64,000 nucleotides of DNA from Candidatus Woesebacteria bacterium (GTDB lineage Bacteria > Patescibacteriota > Microgenomatia > UBA8517). Position numbers and translations under genes: made by a program. The stretch lies in the NCBI GenBank assembly GCA_013374835.1, contig CP055307.1, positions 471,315 through 535,314 on the forward strand. The letters are read 5' to 3'. Shown here piece after piece: positions 17,065-25,601 of this stretch. The first letter of the stretch is position 1, and each line of letters begins with the position of its first letter. The notes beneath the pieces were generated by a model, which made no database searches, was not told the DNA's origin, and saw only the letters and a program-made list of their open reading frames with translations.

Positions 17065-18288
17065 ATGCTTTCTGATAATTTGAAAAATTTACATCAAGAA
17101 TATCTATTGTATTACAAAGAAAATGGCATTAAGCTTCTCCCCCATGAATTGCAAAAGAGAATTGCTTATACAGCAAAAATTGCAAGAGAAAACTACAAAA
17201 GATTAAAGCATCCTATTACTACCTCTTTAGAAAATTATATAGAAATTTGTGTCCATTTTAGTCTTTCACTAGATTTAGCGACAAGATCAGTTGAAACTGT
17301 TAATTTAACCAATCCGCCTTTTAACTTCCGTGCTGCGGCAGCATATTTTCTTGAGTTACCTTACGAGCTGCACCAGAGGATTGAAAAAGATCTATTCAAT
17401 ATTCACCCTGAAAAACGCGAAGAATTTTGGAAAGATCTTAATTTAAATATACCCAAGATAGAAAAGAAATTCATCGCTATGATTGAGGAAAGAAAACGCT
17501 TTGCACAAAGTAAAGGTTATGAGTCCCAGATTGATTTATCTTTCAAGAAATCTAAAATTCCACAATCAGTTCTAAATCGTTTTGTTGTAAATCAGGATAA
17601 ATTAATTAACTTTTGCAATCAAAATCTACCAAAGATCGGAAACAAACCAGATTGGTTTTATTCAAACTTCAGTAAAACTTGTTTTTTGTGCATGATACAA
17701 CCATTTCCCTTTAGCTCTCTAGAAAGTGTATTCGAAAAAGCGACGTTTATTCATCCAATTCTACAAAAGTATAATGAAAAAATAACTATTAAGCCTTCGG
17801 GAAGTTCGCACACCACGTATAAGGAAGGAACTGATAGCTTTGAGGTATATATTGAAAATGACCAAAACCTCCGTCATCAGATTGTTGATCTCGTCCACGA
17901 GTTGGGACATGTAATAAATAATCTTGAAGACCTAAACAAAAACAAGAATCCTTTCTTAAAAGGAAGATTCTTGGCTGAAAAAGAGGCTAATGAGATTGAA
18001 ATTGATTTTTATAAAAAGACATCAAGACTTCTTTATCAAGCTTCCTTTGGATGGATTCTTTGGTTGTTTAGAAGGACATTATTCGAGATAGAATTACACA
18101 AAAATCCACGACAAAACCTAAGCAAACTTTATGCCGATACTTATAACAAGTGTTTTAAAGGGGCAAATCAAAAATCAAACCCCACATACTTTATAGATAC
18201 TTATATCTCCCTGAGACCTTTTTCAACCCTACCCCATACGCTGGCATATTCTGAAGTAGTTACTAAACTAATAGAGAAGAAAAAGTAG
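17065..18288 (+). CDS. M3-like (oligoendopeptidase F-like) zinc metallopeptidase paralog 1, shortened
   Basis: HELGHVIN is an HExxH motif, with a Glu (AEKEANE) downstream. The PepF-like segment ERKRFAQSKGYESQIDLSF is present. ATG at 17065 preferred over the TTG at 16942, which reads through repeat A. About 30-35% identical to the 18975 paralog. Confidence 0.5.
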   Translation: MLSDNLKNLHQEYLLYYKENGIKLLPHELQKRIAYTAKIARENYKRLKHPITTSLENYIEICVHFSLSLDLATRSVETVNLTNPPFNFRAAAAYFLELPYELHQRIEKDLFNIHPEKREEFWKDLNLNIPKIEKKFIAMIEERKRFAQSKGYESQIDLSFKKSKIPQSVLNRFVVNQDKLINFCNQNLPKIGNKPDWFYSNFSKTCFLCMIQPFPFSSLESVFEKATFIHPILQKYNEKITIKPSGSSHTTYKEGTDSFEVYIENDQNLRHQIVDLVHELGHVINNLEDLNKNKNPFLKGRFLAEKEANEIEIDFYKKTSRLLYQASFGWILWLFRRTLFEIELHKNPRQNLSKLYADTYNKCFKGANQKSNPTYFIDTYISLRPFSTLPHTLAYSEVVTKLIEKKK

Positions 18289-18330
18289 TTGGAAATAAGT
18301 TTCTATGATTTGCTTTTTTCTGATTACAAC

Positions 18331-18629
18331 TTGACTTCTTCTTCTTCTGATAATCTACTCCCCAAAGCGTGCAAAAAACGTCTTGCACATTCACAGGCTT
18401 GGGTTTGAGGCTCAACTTCTAGGGAATCTTTTCTAACTTCACACCCTCAAAAACGGCTAACTCCCAAAAGCGGGAGGAAAAAACTAGCCAAATCTAAATG
18501 TGGTCAATGAGGTTAGAAAAAACCTGAAGAGGAAGAGCCAAAAAAAACCAAGGAAGCTCTCTTTTCCGCCCAATCCCGGGCAGCCCACTGGCGGGTTGCC
18601 AGATGAAATCTGAGAAAGGAGAGTCCCTA
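18331..18629 (+). repeat. Repeat B copy 2
   Basis: TTGACT-(CTT)4CTG-ATAATCT... Same conserved hairpins as copy 1. Ends with AAGGAGAG 7 nt before the ATG at 18630. Confidence 0.8.
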
Positions 18630-18857
18630 ATGGGCGATCCCGGAAGACTCATTCGGGCTAGTGATGTAAATCAAATCCCACCTGGTGCAATGGTGGTGGG
18701 AAGCTACATCATGTTCCCCGACGCCGAGGGTGGTCTGCACCCCACGCCACAAGAGCGCGTCTCGTCAGATATCCGACGGGAAAGCAATACGCGAACTATT
18801 ACTGGCGGAAACTGTGGCCAAGACCCCTCTTTGGTACCTAACGTATCAAAAAAGTGA
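18630..18857 (+). CDS. Small GC-rich protein s2 (75 aa from the SD-proximal ATG)
   Basis: Begins MGD like s1. VVGSYIMFPDAEGG resembles VVEYTSVPTPDGE in s1. Confidence 0.4.
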   Translation: MGDPGRLIRASDVNQIPPGAMVVGSYIMFPDAEGGLHPTPQERVSSDIRRESNTRTITGGNCGQDPSLVPNVSKK

Positions 18858-18878
18858 GTCTGGCCATGACAACTAAAT

Positions 18879-18944
18879 AAATTCTGGGAGGAGAAAGAGT
18901 GGGTCCCAGCCCTAGCAAATACCAATAGGTATTACTCTTTCTCC
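18879..18944 (+). repeat. Repeat A copy 2 (also serves as a terminator-like hairpin after s2)
   Basis: Same stem and loop as copy 1, followed by TTTTAAGTT. Confidence 0.7.
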
Positions 18945-18974
18945 TTTTAAGTTCCAAAATAGTAAAATAAGAAA

Positions 18975-20162
18975 GTGTACACCTACTTAAAAATCTACAG
19001 GGAAAGAGGACTCAATCCTGACATCAAATCGTTAATCAAACTTATATCTAGACAATCAAAACTTGCAAAAGATCAATACCAAAAACTAAGCACTCCCAAA
19101 ACAATGTCGGAAGGTCTTTATGTTCATGCTTGGGTAAGGAATGCTGTTATTCATGATATTTATGAAAATATAAAAATCATAAGACCAGAGCATGAATATA
19201 AAGCCTCAATAGACTTCTATTTAGCATTTCCTAACTCACTTCGTAAAAAGCTTAGAAAAGACATAAACAGTGCTACATTAGATCAAAGAGCAAAAGTGTG
19301 GAATAAATATAAGCTAGATTTTAAAAAAATAGAGAAAACATTCATAGCACTTACAATTCAAAGAAACACATGGGCTAAACAAAAAGGTTTTAAAAACTTT
19401 CTTGAAGAAAAGCTAAAACACTACAAAATACCAAGAAAAGATTATGAATTATTCAAGGCTCAAACCAACAATCTAATTAAATATTGTAATAGTCAACTGC
19501 CCAAAATAAAACTGCCATCAATTGTATTAACAGAATTTACCAAGCCTTGTTATCTTTGTCTTTCAACTAACTTTCCATTTACCAATCTTGAAGAAACAAT
19601 TAATTTTGTCTTTGGTGAATACGAAATTCTCCAGAAATTCAAAAAAAAGATAAAAATTAAATTCACTGATTATTCAGAAATGAGTTATAACGTTCAGGAC
19701 GATTCTTTTGAAATTAGTATAGAAAAAGATACTAACCTCCGTCACCAATCCCTAGCAATAATCCATGAACTAATCCATGTCGTAAATCACATTGAAAGTT
19801 ATAAAAGGGGATTCTTACCTTCCGAGAAAGGAAATTATTTTCAAGAAAAAGAAACACTAAAAAAAGAGATTCCGCTACTTAAAAAGATATCACCAGTTTT
19901 TTATAAATCCATCTTTAGTGAATTTCTTAAAGTCTTCCAACAAGTACTATTTGAAATAGAACTCTATAACAATCCTAATCAGAATTTAAGCAAGCTTTAT
20001 GCGGATGTTTACAACCTTTGCTATCCTCAGGCAAACCAAAAGCAAAATAGATCATTTATTCTGAATAAAGACATAGTAGAGCAACCCCTCTCAATCCTCC
20101 CCAACGCCATAGCCCAATCCATAGTCATCAAAAAATATTTGAAGCTGAACACATCCTCTTGA
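18975..20162 (+). CDS. M3-like zinc metallopeptidase paralog 2, shortened
   Basis: HELIHVVN is an HExxH motif. NPNQNLSKLYADVYN is conserved with paralog 1. A KQKGFKNFLEE segment is also present. Confidence 0.5.
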   Translation: MYTYLKIYRERGLNPDIKSLIKLISRQSKLAKDQYQKLSTPKTMSEGLYVHAWVRNAVIHDIYENIKIIRPEHEYKASIDFYLAFPNSLRKKLRKDINSATLDQRAKVWNKYKLDFKKIEKTFIALTIQRNTWAKQKGFKNFLEEKLKHYKIPRKDYELFKAQTNNLIKYCNSQLPKIKLPSIVLTEFTKPCYLCLSTNFPFTNLEETINFVFGEYEILQKFKKKIKIKFTDYSEMSYNVQDDSFEISIEKDTNLRHQSLAIIHELIHVVNHIESYKRGFLPSEKGNYFQEKETLKKEIPLLKKISPVFYKSIFSEFLKVFQQVLFEIELYNNPNQNLSKLYADVYNLCYPQANQKQNRSFILNKDIVEQPLSILPNAIAQSIVIKKYLKLNTSS

Positions 20163-20465
20163 CTTCTTCTTCTTCTTCTTCTGCTAACCTTGCTCCCAAA
20201 GCGTGCAAAGGACGCTTTGCACTTTGAAACGGCTTGGGTTTTTAGGCCAAAGCTTGGAGGTTTGTTTCTATCCCCATACCATCTATGATGAGCCGACTCC
20301 CAAAAGCGGGAGTAAAAACAGGCCAAACGCAAAAACGGTCACTGGGTAGAAAAAGCTAAAGAAACAAAGCCAAAAAACTCCAAGGAGGCTCTCATTCTCC
20401 GCCCAATCCCGGGCAACCAGCTGGAAGGAATCCGGTAAAGGGAGACAAAAAGACAGGAGGTTTCT
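20159..20465 (+). repeat. Repeat B copy 3
   Basis: TTGACT-(CTT)5CTG-CTAACCT, giving an optimal 17-nt spacer. Ends AGGAGG, 5 nt, then GTG. Confidence 0.8.
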
Positions 20466-20657
20466 GTGAATAACAGCAAGGGAAGCGGCGGAAAAGCAGG
20501 CAGTACTTCCATAACAGTAAAGCTGCCCATGGATCTGTCTCTCATAAAGGAACTTAACCAACAGTTCACTGTGGAAGAGGCTGCCAAGCAAACAAGCACC
20601 ACAAAACAGGAAGCAAAAGAAGCCTGGAAAGCCGCAAAGGAAGATAGTAGCAACTAG
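20466..20657 (+). CDS. Small protein s3 (63 aa, GTG start), Lys/Ala/Glu-rich and unrelated to s1/s2
   Basis: Perfect SD spacing. Contains a helical KEAWKAAKE-type C-terminal region. Confidence 0.35.
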   Translation: MNNSKGSGGKAGSTSITVKLPMDLSLIKELNQQFTVEEAAKQTSTTKQEAKEAWKAAKEDSSN

Positions 20658-20695
20658 GTTTCTGAACATTAGAGCTTCCTAATATCTCAACTCAT

Positions 20696-20760
20696 GGAAT
20701 GTCGGATTCCATAGCAGTCATAATAAGATATGCTAAGAGTCCGACATTCCAAATCATCTT
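20696..20760 (+). terminator. Long hairpin after s3
   Basis: GGAATGTCGGATTC (20696-20709) pairs with GAGTCCGACATTCC (20737-20750), a 14-bp stem with one G-U pair. The downstream U-tract is weak. Confidence 0.3.
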
Positions 20761-20785
20761 TCAAAAAATATATAATTAACCCAAT

Positions 20786-21118
20786 ATGAAACAAGCTACA
20801 ACTTTAAGTAAACAAGAAGAAGACAGACTGGTAGAAATTATAAGACTTGGACAAGAAAGTAACGCCACAGAAAAACAAAAGAAAGATTCTCTCAAAGCGA
20901 TGGAAAAACTGTTAATCTACTTACAACCATTGGTAGCAAACATTGCCTTAAAATACGCAGCAGGAACTATCCATCATGATGAACTAATTCGAATCGGAAA
21001 TATTGGAGTAAGAAAAGCAATACTTAAATATAATCCCAATAGAAACTTTAAGTTTTCGACTTACGCTTCGTGGTATATTAGAGCAGAAATTCACAAGAAA
21101 TTGGGTCTTCCTCTATAA
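20786..21118 (+). CDS. Truncated sigma-70 family protein (regions 1.2 through 2.3 only)
   Basis: LVANIALKYAAGTIHHDELIRIGNIGVRKAILKYNPNRNFKFSTYASWYIRAEI matches sigma70 region 2 (..FSTYATWWIRQAI..). The ORF stops after region 2.3, so regions 2.4, 3 and 4 are absent. Confidence 0.5.
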   Translation: MKQATTLSKQEEDRLVEIIRLGQESNATEKQKKDSLKAMEKLLIYLQPLVANIALKYAAGTIHHDELIRIGNIGVRKAILKYNPNRNFKFSTYASWYIRAEIHKKLGLPL

Positions 21119-21158
21119 TCTAGTTTTAAATTTCTCTGTTATCCATAATTGAATAAAT

Positions 21159-21641
21159 ATGGACGTTAAGCTTAAAAAATTATTTTATGAAGACAAGATC
21201 CTTCGTGTTTTAGGTCCTGAATGGAAAAGAGTAAAACGGTTTATAGGTGATGAGGAAGTTGAGGTAAGAAATAGTTTTTTCTTAGAGACAAAAGATGGGA
21301 TTAAAATTGAGTTTTTTATCTTATCCCCAGAAACATACCAAGAATGTTATTCGGTTAAAATAGAACAATATGTTCGCAGAAAAAGTAAAGAAAGTGGTGG
21401 TTACTACAGCGAAGTATCAACTATTCATTTTCAAGAAATAACAACTGTGAAGTATTTTTATAAATTGGGAATGATAGCAATGATTAGCAAGCAGAAGGAT
21501 TATTTTTCCGACCTCTGGTTATACAAAAGCGGAGCAGTCAGAATATCGGTTGCGCACCCCATATCCTTTTACAACAAACAAGACTTATGGACATATGATA
21601 TGGCCAACCGCGAAGGCGAAGAGGTTTTTACATTAGAATAA
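21159..21641 (+). CDS. Hypothetical protein
   Basis: 160-aa ORF with no recognised domain. Confidence 0.4.
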   Translation: MDVKLKKLFYEDKILRVLGPEWKRVKRFIGDEEVEVRNSFFLETKDGIKIEFFILSPETYQECYSVKIEQYVRRKSKESGGYYSEVSTIHFQEITTVKYFYKLGMIAMISKQKDYFSDLWLYKSGAVRISVAHPISFYNKQDLWTYDMANREGEEVFTLE

Positions 21642-21787
21642 CCCACTTTCTTGTCTATATTATATTAATGTTTTACTTTGTAAAGCTAAAAAAGATTAAT
21701 TCTCAAAATAGGTATAAACATATTCAAACACAAGACTACTAAGGAAGACCAAAAGACGATTACCTTTAAATAAAATATAATTATTTT

Positions 21788-22186
21788 ATGAGAGCTAAAA
21801 GAAAAACTAAAAGCAAATCTGGCTTTGAGAGATATGATTATGTCTTTTCAGGAATTAAACTATCAGAACCTCTTTCTATTAAACAAATTAAGTCAATTTT
21901 TTTGATATTACTTCATGATTATTTTCAAAATGAAATAGATGAATTTTTTCTAGAATCTTTAGCAGGTGATTTGTATTTTAACCTATCTGAATCACCAAAC
22001 TATATACAGGCAAAAGACCCTGAACTAAGTCTGGCTCTTGATAGCGCATCAGATTTTGTTTTCTTTCTTCAGAAGAATGATTCTGAAAGCAAGAAAAGAA
22101 CTAAAGCAATAATTAAGGAATTAAAAAGCTATTATATTAAAAATCGCAATGAAATAGAGCATTATTCTCATGATTCCAGTGATTGA
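21788..22186 (+). CDS. Hypothetical protein, ~130-aa paralog family (member 3)
   Basis: Similar to the 16580 and 15866 proteins. Confidence 0.45.
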   Translation: MRAKRKTKSKSGFERYDYVFSGIKLSEPLSIKQIKSIFLILLHDYFQNEIDEFFLESLAGDLYFNLSESPNYIQAKDPELSLALDSASDFVFFLQKNDSESKKRTKAIIKELKSYYIKNRNEIEHYSHDSSD

Positions 22187-22299
22187 TTTTGATTCCATTA
22201 ATGGGGGGATTTAGGAAAGCAGATTATGATTTTTTGCTCTTGCACAGCCTGTGTTGCTATCAAAACGATGAGTTGGGCAATAAGTATTACAACCTAAGA

Positions 22300-22959
22300 C
22301 TAGAGATAATCTCTCCATTTATTATCCTGAATTATCTCTGGAATAGATTTTTTTTGTTTTACCAACCACGCTCGTAATTTTTGTTGGGCAGGATACCCCT
22401 TTTCTTCTGGATTAGTGAATACAGTTAAAGCTTCTTTAAGTGATTCAAATTTTTCTTTTCCCAACTCCTTTTTTAGATTCCCAAAATAATAATAAAACAT
22501 AAAATGATTAAGTTCATGAGTTAGAATTTGAAGCTGTCTTTCAGGAATTGCCCCTCCAAAAACCATAATCCATTTCTTTTCAAAATTGTAAGGACAAATT
22601 GGCAGAGAAGAAAGATATATTTTGATTTGTTTGAATGGGATCTTGCGCCCATATATTTTTTGTAGTCTATTTTCTATTTGGGAACCGTTTTTCACCCATG
22701 CCGATTTCAGCTCTTGAGCAACAACTGAATATTTTGCCTTTCTACTCTCTAAATTCTGGGAAAGGAAATCTTTAATTATATTTCTTGCTTGTTTTTCGCT
22801 TTTACTATTTTTAAGATCAATCCTAACCCTCTCCGGGAGAGCGCTAAAAAATTTATCTTGAAGATTGTCCCTTCCATGTTTGTACCACACAAACTTATAA
22901 ACAGATCTTAAATAATTCCATACATCAAGATCCAACGAATAACTTACTTTTATATCCAT
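22300..22959 (-). CDS. Hypothetical HExxH protein (possible zinc metallohydrolase)
   Basis: 219 aa; HExxH motif ILTHELNHFMF. Confidence 0.4.
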   Translation of the reverse strand: MDIKVSYSLDLDVWNYLRSVYKFVWYKHGRDNLQDKFFSALPERVRIDLKNSKSEKQARNIIKDFLSQNLESRKAKYSVVAQELKSAWVKNGSQIENRLQKIYGRKIPFKQIKIYLSSLPICPYNFEKKWIMVFGGAIPERQLQILTHELNHFMFYYYFGNLKKELGKEKFESLKEALTVFTNPEEKGYPAQQKLRAWLVKQKKSIPEIIQDNKWRDYL

Positions 22960-23307
22960 AAATGTATAAGCTTTATTTTAGCTTTCAGTTACAACTAGGT
23001 TTGGTTTAAAATCTGGATCTGGTGCCCTTCACAAATGTCAAAGCAATCTCCAGAGTCAAAGCGACTACAGTCGCTTGCATCACAATTCTGCCATCTTGTA
23101 TAAATTATACTCTAAAAATTAACAAGCTTGTGATGGATATAATGATTATATCGCGAACATCTAACTGTTTGTTTTAGATATTAAATCTATAGTTTTTAAA
23201 ATAAAGGCAAGCTGATACAAAAATTCAGAGGGTTAGAAAAAGCCAGAGAAACAAATCCTTAGAAAAAAATTAAATTACTATTTTTTGGTTTTATGGTATT
23301 ATAGGAT

Positions 23308-25212
23308 GTGATTATGAAAGAAAATCTTAGAAATACCGTAAAAATTTTTTCAGGAGGTATGCTCCTTCTTTCTTCAACACTTGGACCTATTTCTGAAAAA
23401 AACCAAAAAAATCCCCAAAAGCCATATTCAAATTTACCAAAACCATACACCCAAAGCATAGGTTTAGTAGGTGATTTTCAAATGGGAGATGTATTTATTC
23501 CAGACTTTGAAACAAAAGAAAATCAAATTCAAAAAGAATTTCTTCCTGAAATACCATCAATCAGCCTTGAGGATGAAGAATCAAGACTTGTCTCAGAGAT
23601 AGTAACAAGGAAAGCTCCAGACACCCTGATGGCAGTATCTCTTGATCCGGAAAAGATGGAAAAACTTCAAAATATCACCAATCCAGATCTTTCCCAAAGT
23701 TTTGAAAGAGTTCTTTTTTTGCAGGAAGAAGCAAAAAACTGGGGTGGAGAACTGTCCATAAAGCTTCTTACCCAAACAAACAAAGATTCTGAAATCAAAA
23801 AAGTTTCAGTTGTACTTGAAGCACAAAATGATTTTACTTGGAATGAAGTAGAATATAAAAGTGGTGGAGTAATATTTTATGGAAGTGAAGGAGACCTTCA
23901 TTGGATTAATCCAGCGGAGGAAGGATCAAAAATAGTCATTGCAAAATTAGACGATACACTCAAGGAGGATCTACTAAAAGCTCTGACAAGATGTGGATAC
24001 ATAAATGAAAACAGATCCTTTGAATTCCCAGCCAATGGATCACTCATCCCTGTGGAGGTAGACAAAGATGGAAACATATCACAAATAATTACTAAGGAAG
24101 CTGCATACTTTCTTACACTCAGAACCTTCTCACAAGGAGCAAATGTAAATCTAAGGGAAGAGCCAAATACCACCTCTCAAATCTTGGGACAGATAAATAA
24201 AGAAGTTGTGATCCCCAACCCTGAGGGAATACCTGATAATTTAGACCTTTTTGGGGCAATTATAAATGAAGATGAAATGATAGAGGTGTCAAACGAAGGT
24301 TATACATGGATCCTTGTAGAAACCCCCACACCAGAAGGTCAGGTAGAATACGCCTGGGTTGCTTACTCCCTGCCTCAGGTAAAAGGTATCCCCTTAAAAC
24401 AAGTAGCAGTAGGACCAAATATTGATAGCTTTGACCATTTTAGGGAGTCTGAGGAAATATTTTTAGGCTATTCAAATGAAATATTTGGAAGCAACGGAGA
24501 ATATCTTGGAAGACCTTGGCAGGGGGAATATGCTGTAACTCCAGATACAAAGGTGTATTATTCTGGAGTTGATCCTCATGTGATTTCAGGAAGTATAGTG
24601 GTAGGTGGTGAACAATATCGTATTTATTCAGATGGGTATCATGATGGAATATACGCAACAGAATATCCACAACACAAATATTTTATTGTTCATCCAAATG
24701 GGACTTTTGTAGGTTTTTTGGGAGAGAGGATAGTAACAAACCTTTCCCTTACAAATCCTGAAACAGGAGCTGTTGTTGATGGAATAAATATTGATAGACT
24801 GGAGGTAATAGATATTATGATGCTAGTTAAGCAAAATGGAAAGGATTATAAGATTGCATTTTCTATCCCTAAGGAAATAATGTTTGCAGACTTTTCAGGG
24901 GGCAGATTTGATGTTGTGCGCGATACTCAAACTTTCGTCTTGCCTAGACTAATTCCTGGTATCAAAGTCTCTGCTAGTGTTCTATTTTATCTTAATTCTT
25001 GGGAGGAGTTTGTAAAGCAAATTTTACACAACATTGAAGGTATTAGTGAATGGACAGGGATATATGAGGTGGTTAGAATTGATCTTGCGACCTTAGAATA
25101 CCAAAATAGATATAGAGATGCTGGTTTGAATTTAAGTAAAGGTGTACTTGAAAATGACAAGATTTATGATATTGGTATCACTCCTACTTTGAGTTTTACT
25201 TCACGGAACTAG
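23308..25212 (+). CDS. Large secreted protein with an SH3b-like domain
   Basis: Signal-peptide-like N-terminus (LLLSSTLGPIS). The segment ANVNLREEPNTTSQILGQINKEVVIPNPEG...GYTWILVETPTPEGQVEYAWVAYSL looks like a bacterial SH3 domain. Confidence 0.5.
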   Translation: MIMKENLRNTVKIFSGGMLLLSSTLGPISEKNQKNPQKPYSNLPKPYTQSIGLVGDFQMGDVFIPDFETKENQIQKEFLPEIPSISLEDEESRLVSEIVTRKAPDTLMAVSLDPEKMEKLQNITNPDLSQSFERVLFLQEEAKNWGGELSIKLLTQTNKDSEIKKVSVVLEAQNDFTWNEVEYKSGGVIFYGSEGDLHWINPAEEGSKIVIAKLDDTLKEDLLKALTRCGYINENRSFEFPANGSLIPVEVDKDGNISQIITKEAAYFLTLRTFSQGANVNLREEPNTTSQILGQINKEVVIPNPEGIPDNLDLFGAIINEDEMIEVSNEGYTWILVETPTPEGQVEYAWVAYSLPQVKGIPLKQVAVGPNIDSFDHFRESEEIFLGYSNEIFGSNGEYLGRPWQGEYAVTPDTKVYYSGVDPHVISGSIVVGGEQYRIYSDGYHDGIYATEYPQHKYFIVHPNGTFVGFLGERIVTNLSLTNPETGAVVDGINIDRLEVIDIMMLVKQNGKDYKIAFSIPKEIMFADFSGGRFDVVRDTQTFVLPRLIPGIKVSASVLFYLNSWEEFVKQILHNIEGISEWTGIYEVVRIDLATLEYQNRYRDAGLNLSKGVLENDKIYDIGITPTLSFTSRN

Positions 25213-25253
25213 AGTGCTTGAGTCAGCTTCAGACTCTATGTTAAAGTGAATTA

Positions 25254-25601
25254 TTGGCGAGTGTTGGTATGAAAAAGATACTTGTTGCTGCTGTAGCTCT
25301 TATTTTTATTATGGTTTTTGTTTTTTTATTTGTGTTACTTGAGTATCAGAGTAGGAAGCTTGTTTTTCCAAGCGTTTATTACAAGGGAGAAAAAATGATT
25401 TATGGATTGGTTTTTAATAATACTTTGGGTAGAAGCGTATTTACAGGGGTAGTTAGTGGTTTTAGTTTGAATAAGGATCAAGCAGAGTTAACTCTGGCAA
25501 GTACTAAAGATTCAAGAACAAAAATTTTTTTTGACCCAAGTTCCACAATGGTTACTCTAAATACCAACGAGAGGCAAAGCGAATTTTTGTGGAGAATTTA
25601 A
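25254..25601 (+). CDS. Small membrane-anchored protein; its 3' end abuts or merges with the transposase remnant
   Basis: 115 aa. TM helix ILVAAVALIFIMVFVFLFVLL. Confidence 0.35.
   Translation: MASVGMKKILVAAVALIFIMVFVFLFVLLEYQSRKLVFPSVYYKGEKMIYGLVFNNTLGRSVFTGVVSGFSLNKDQAELTLASTKDSRTKIFFDPSSTMVTLNTNERQSEFLWRI

Noticed and set aside
18685-18925. ORFs 18685-18876 (+) and 18704-18925 (-) overlapping s2
   Set aside because: These are alternative frames in a GC-rich stretch. The SD-proximal frame (18630-18857) is preferred.
15193-20465. Diversity-generating retroelement (TR/VR) explanation for the triplicated element
   Set aside because: Differences between copies are not adenine-specific. The copies are intergenic, not at the 3' ends of ORFs. 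No reverse transcriptase is present.
15193-20657. Integron cassette array (attC sites) or CRISPR array explanation for the repeats
   Set aside because: The repeat unit (~290 bp) is far longer than attC or CRISPR repeats. The spacers are whole genes of 1.2-1.4 kb. No integrase or cas genes are present, and there is no R''-L''/L'-R' architecture.
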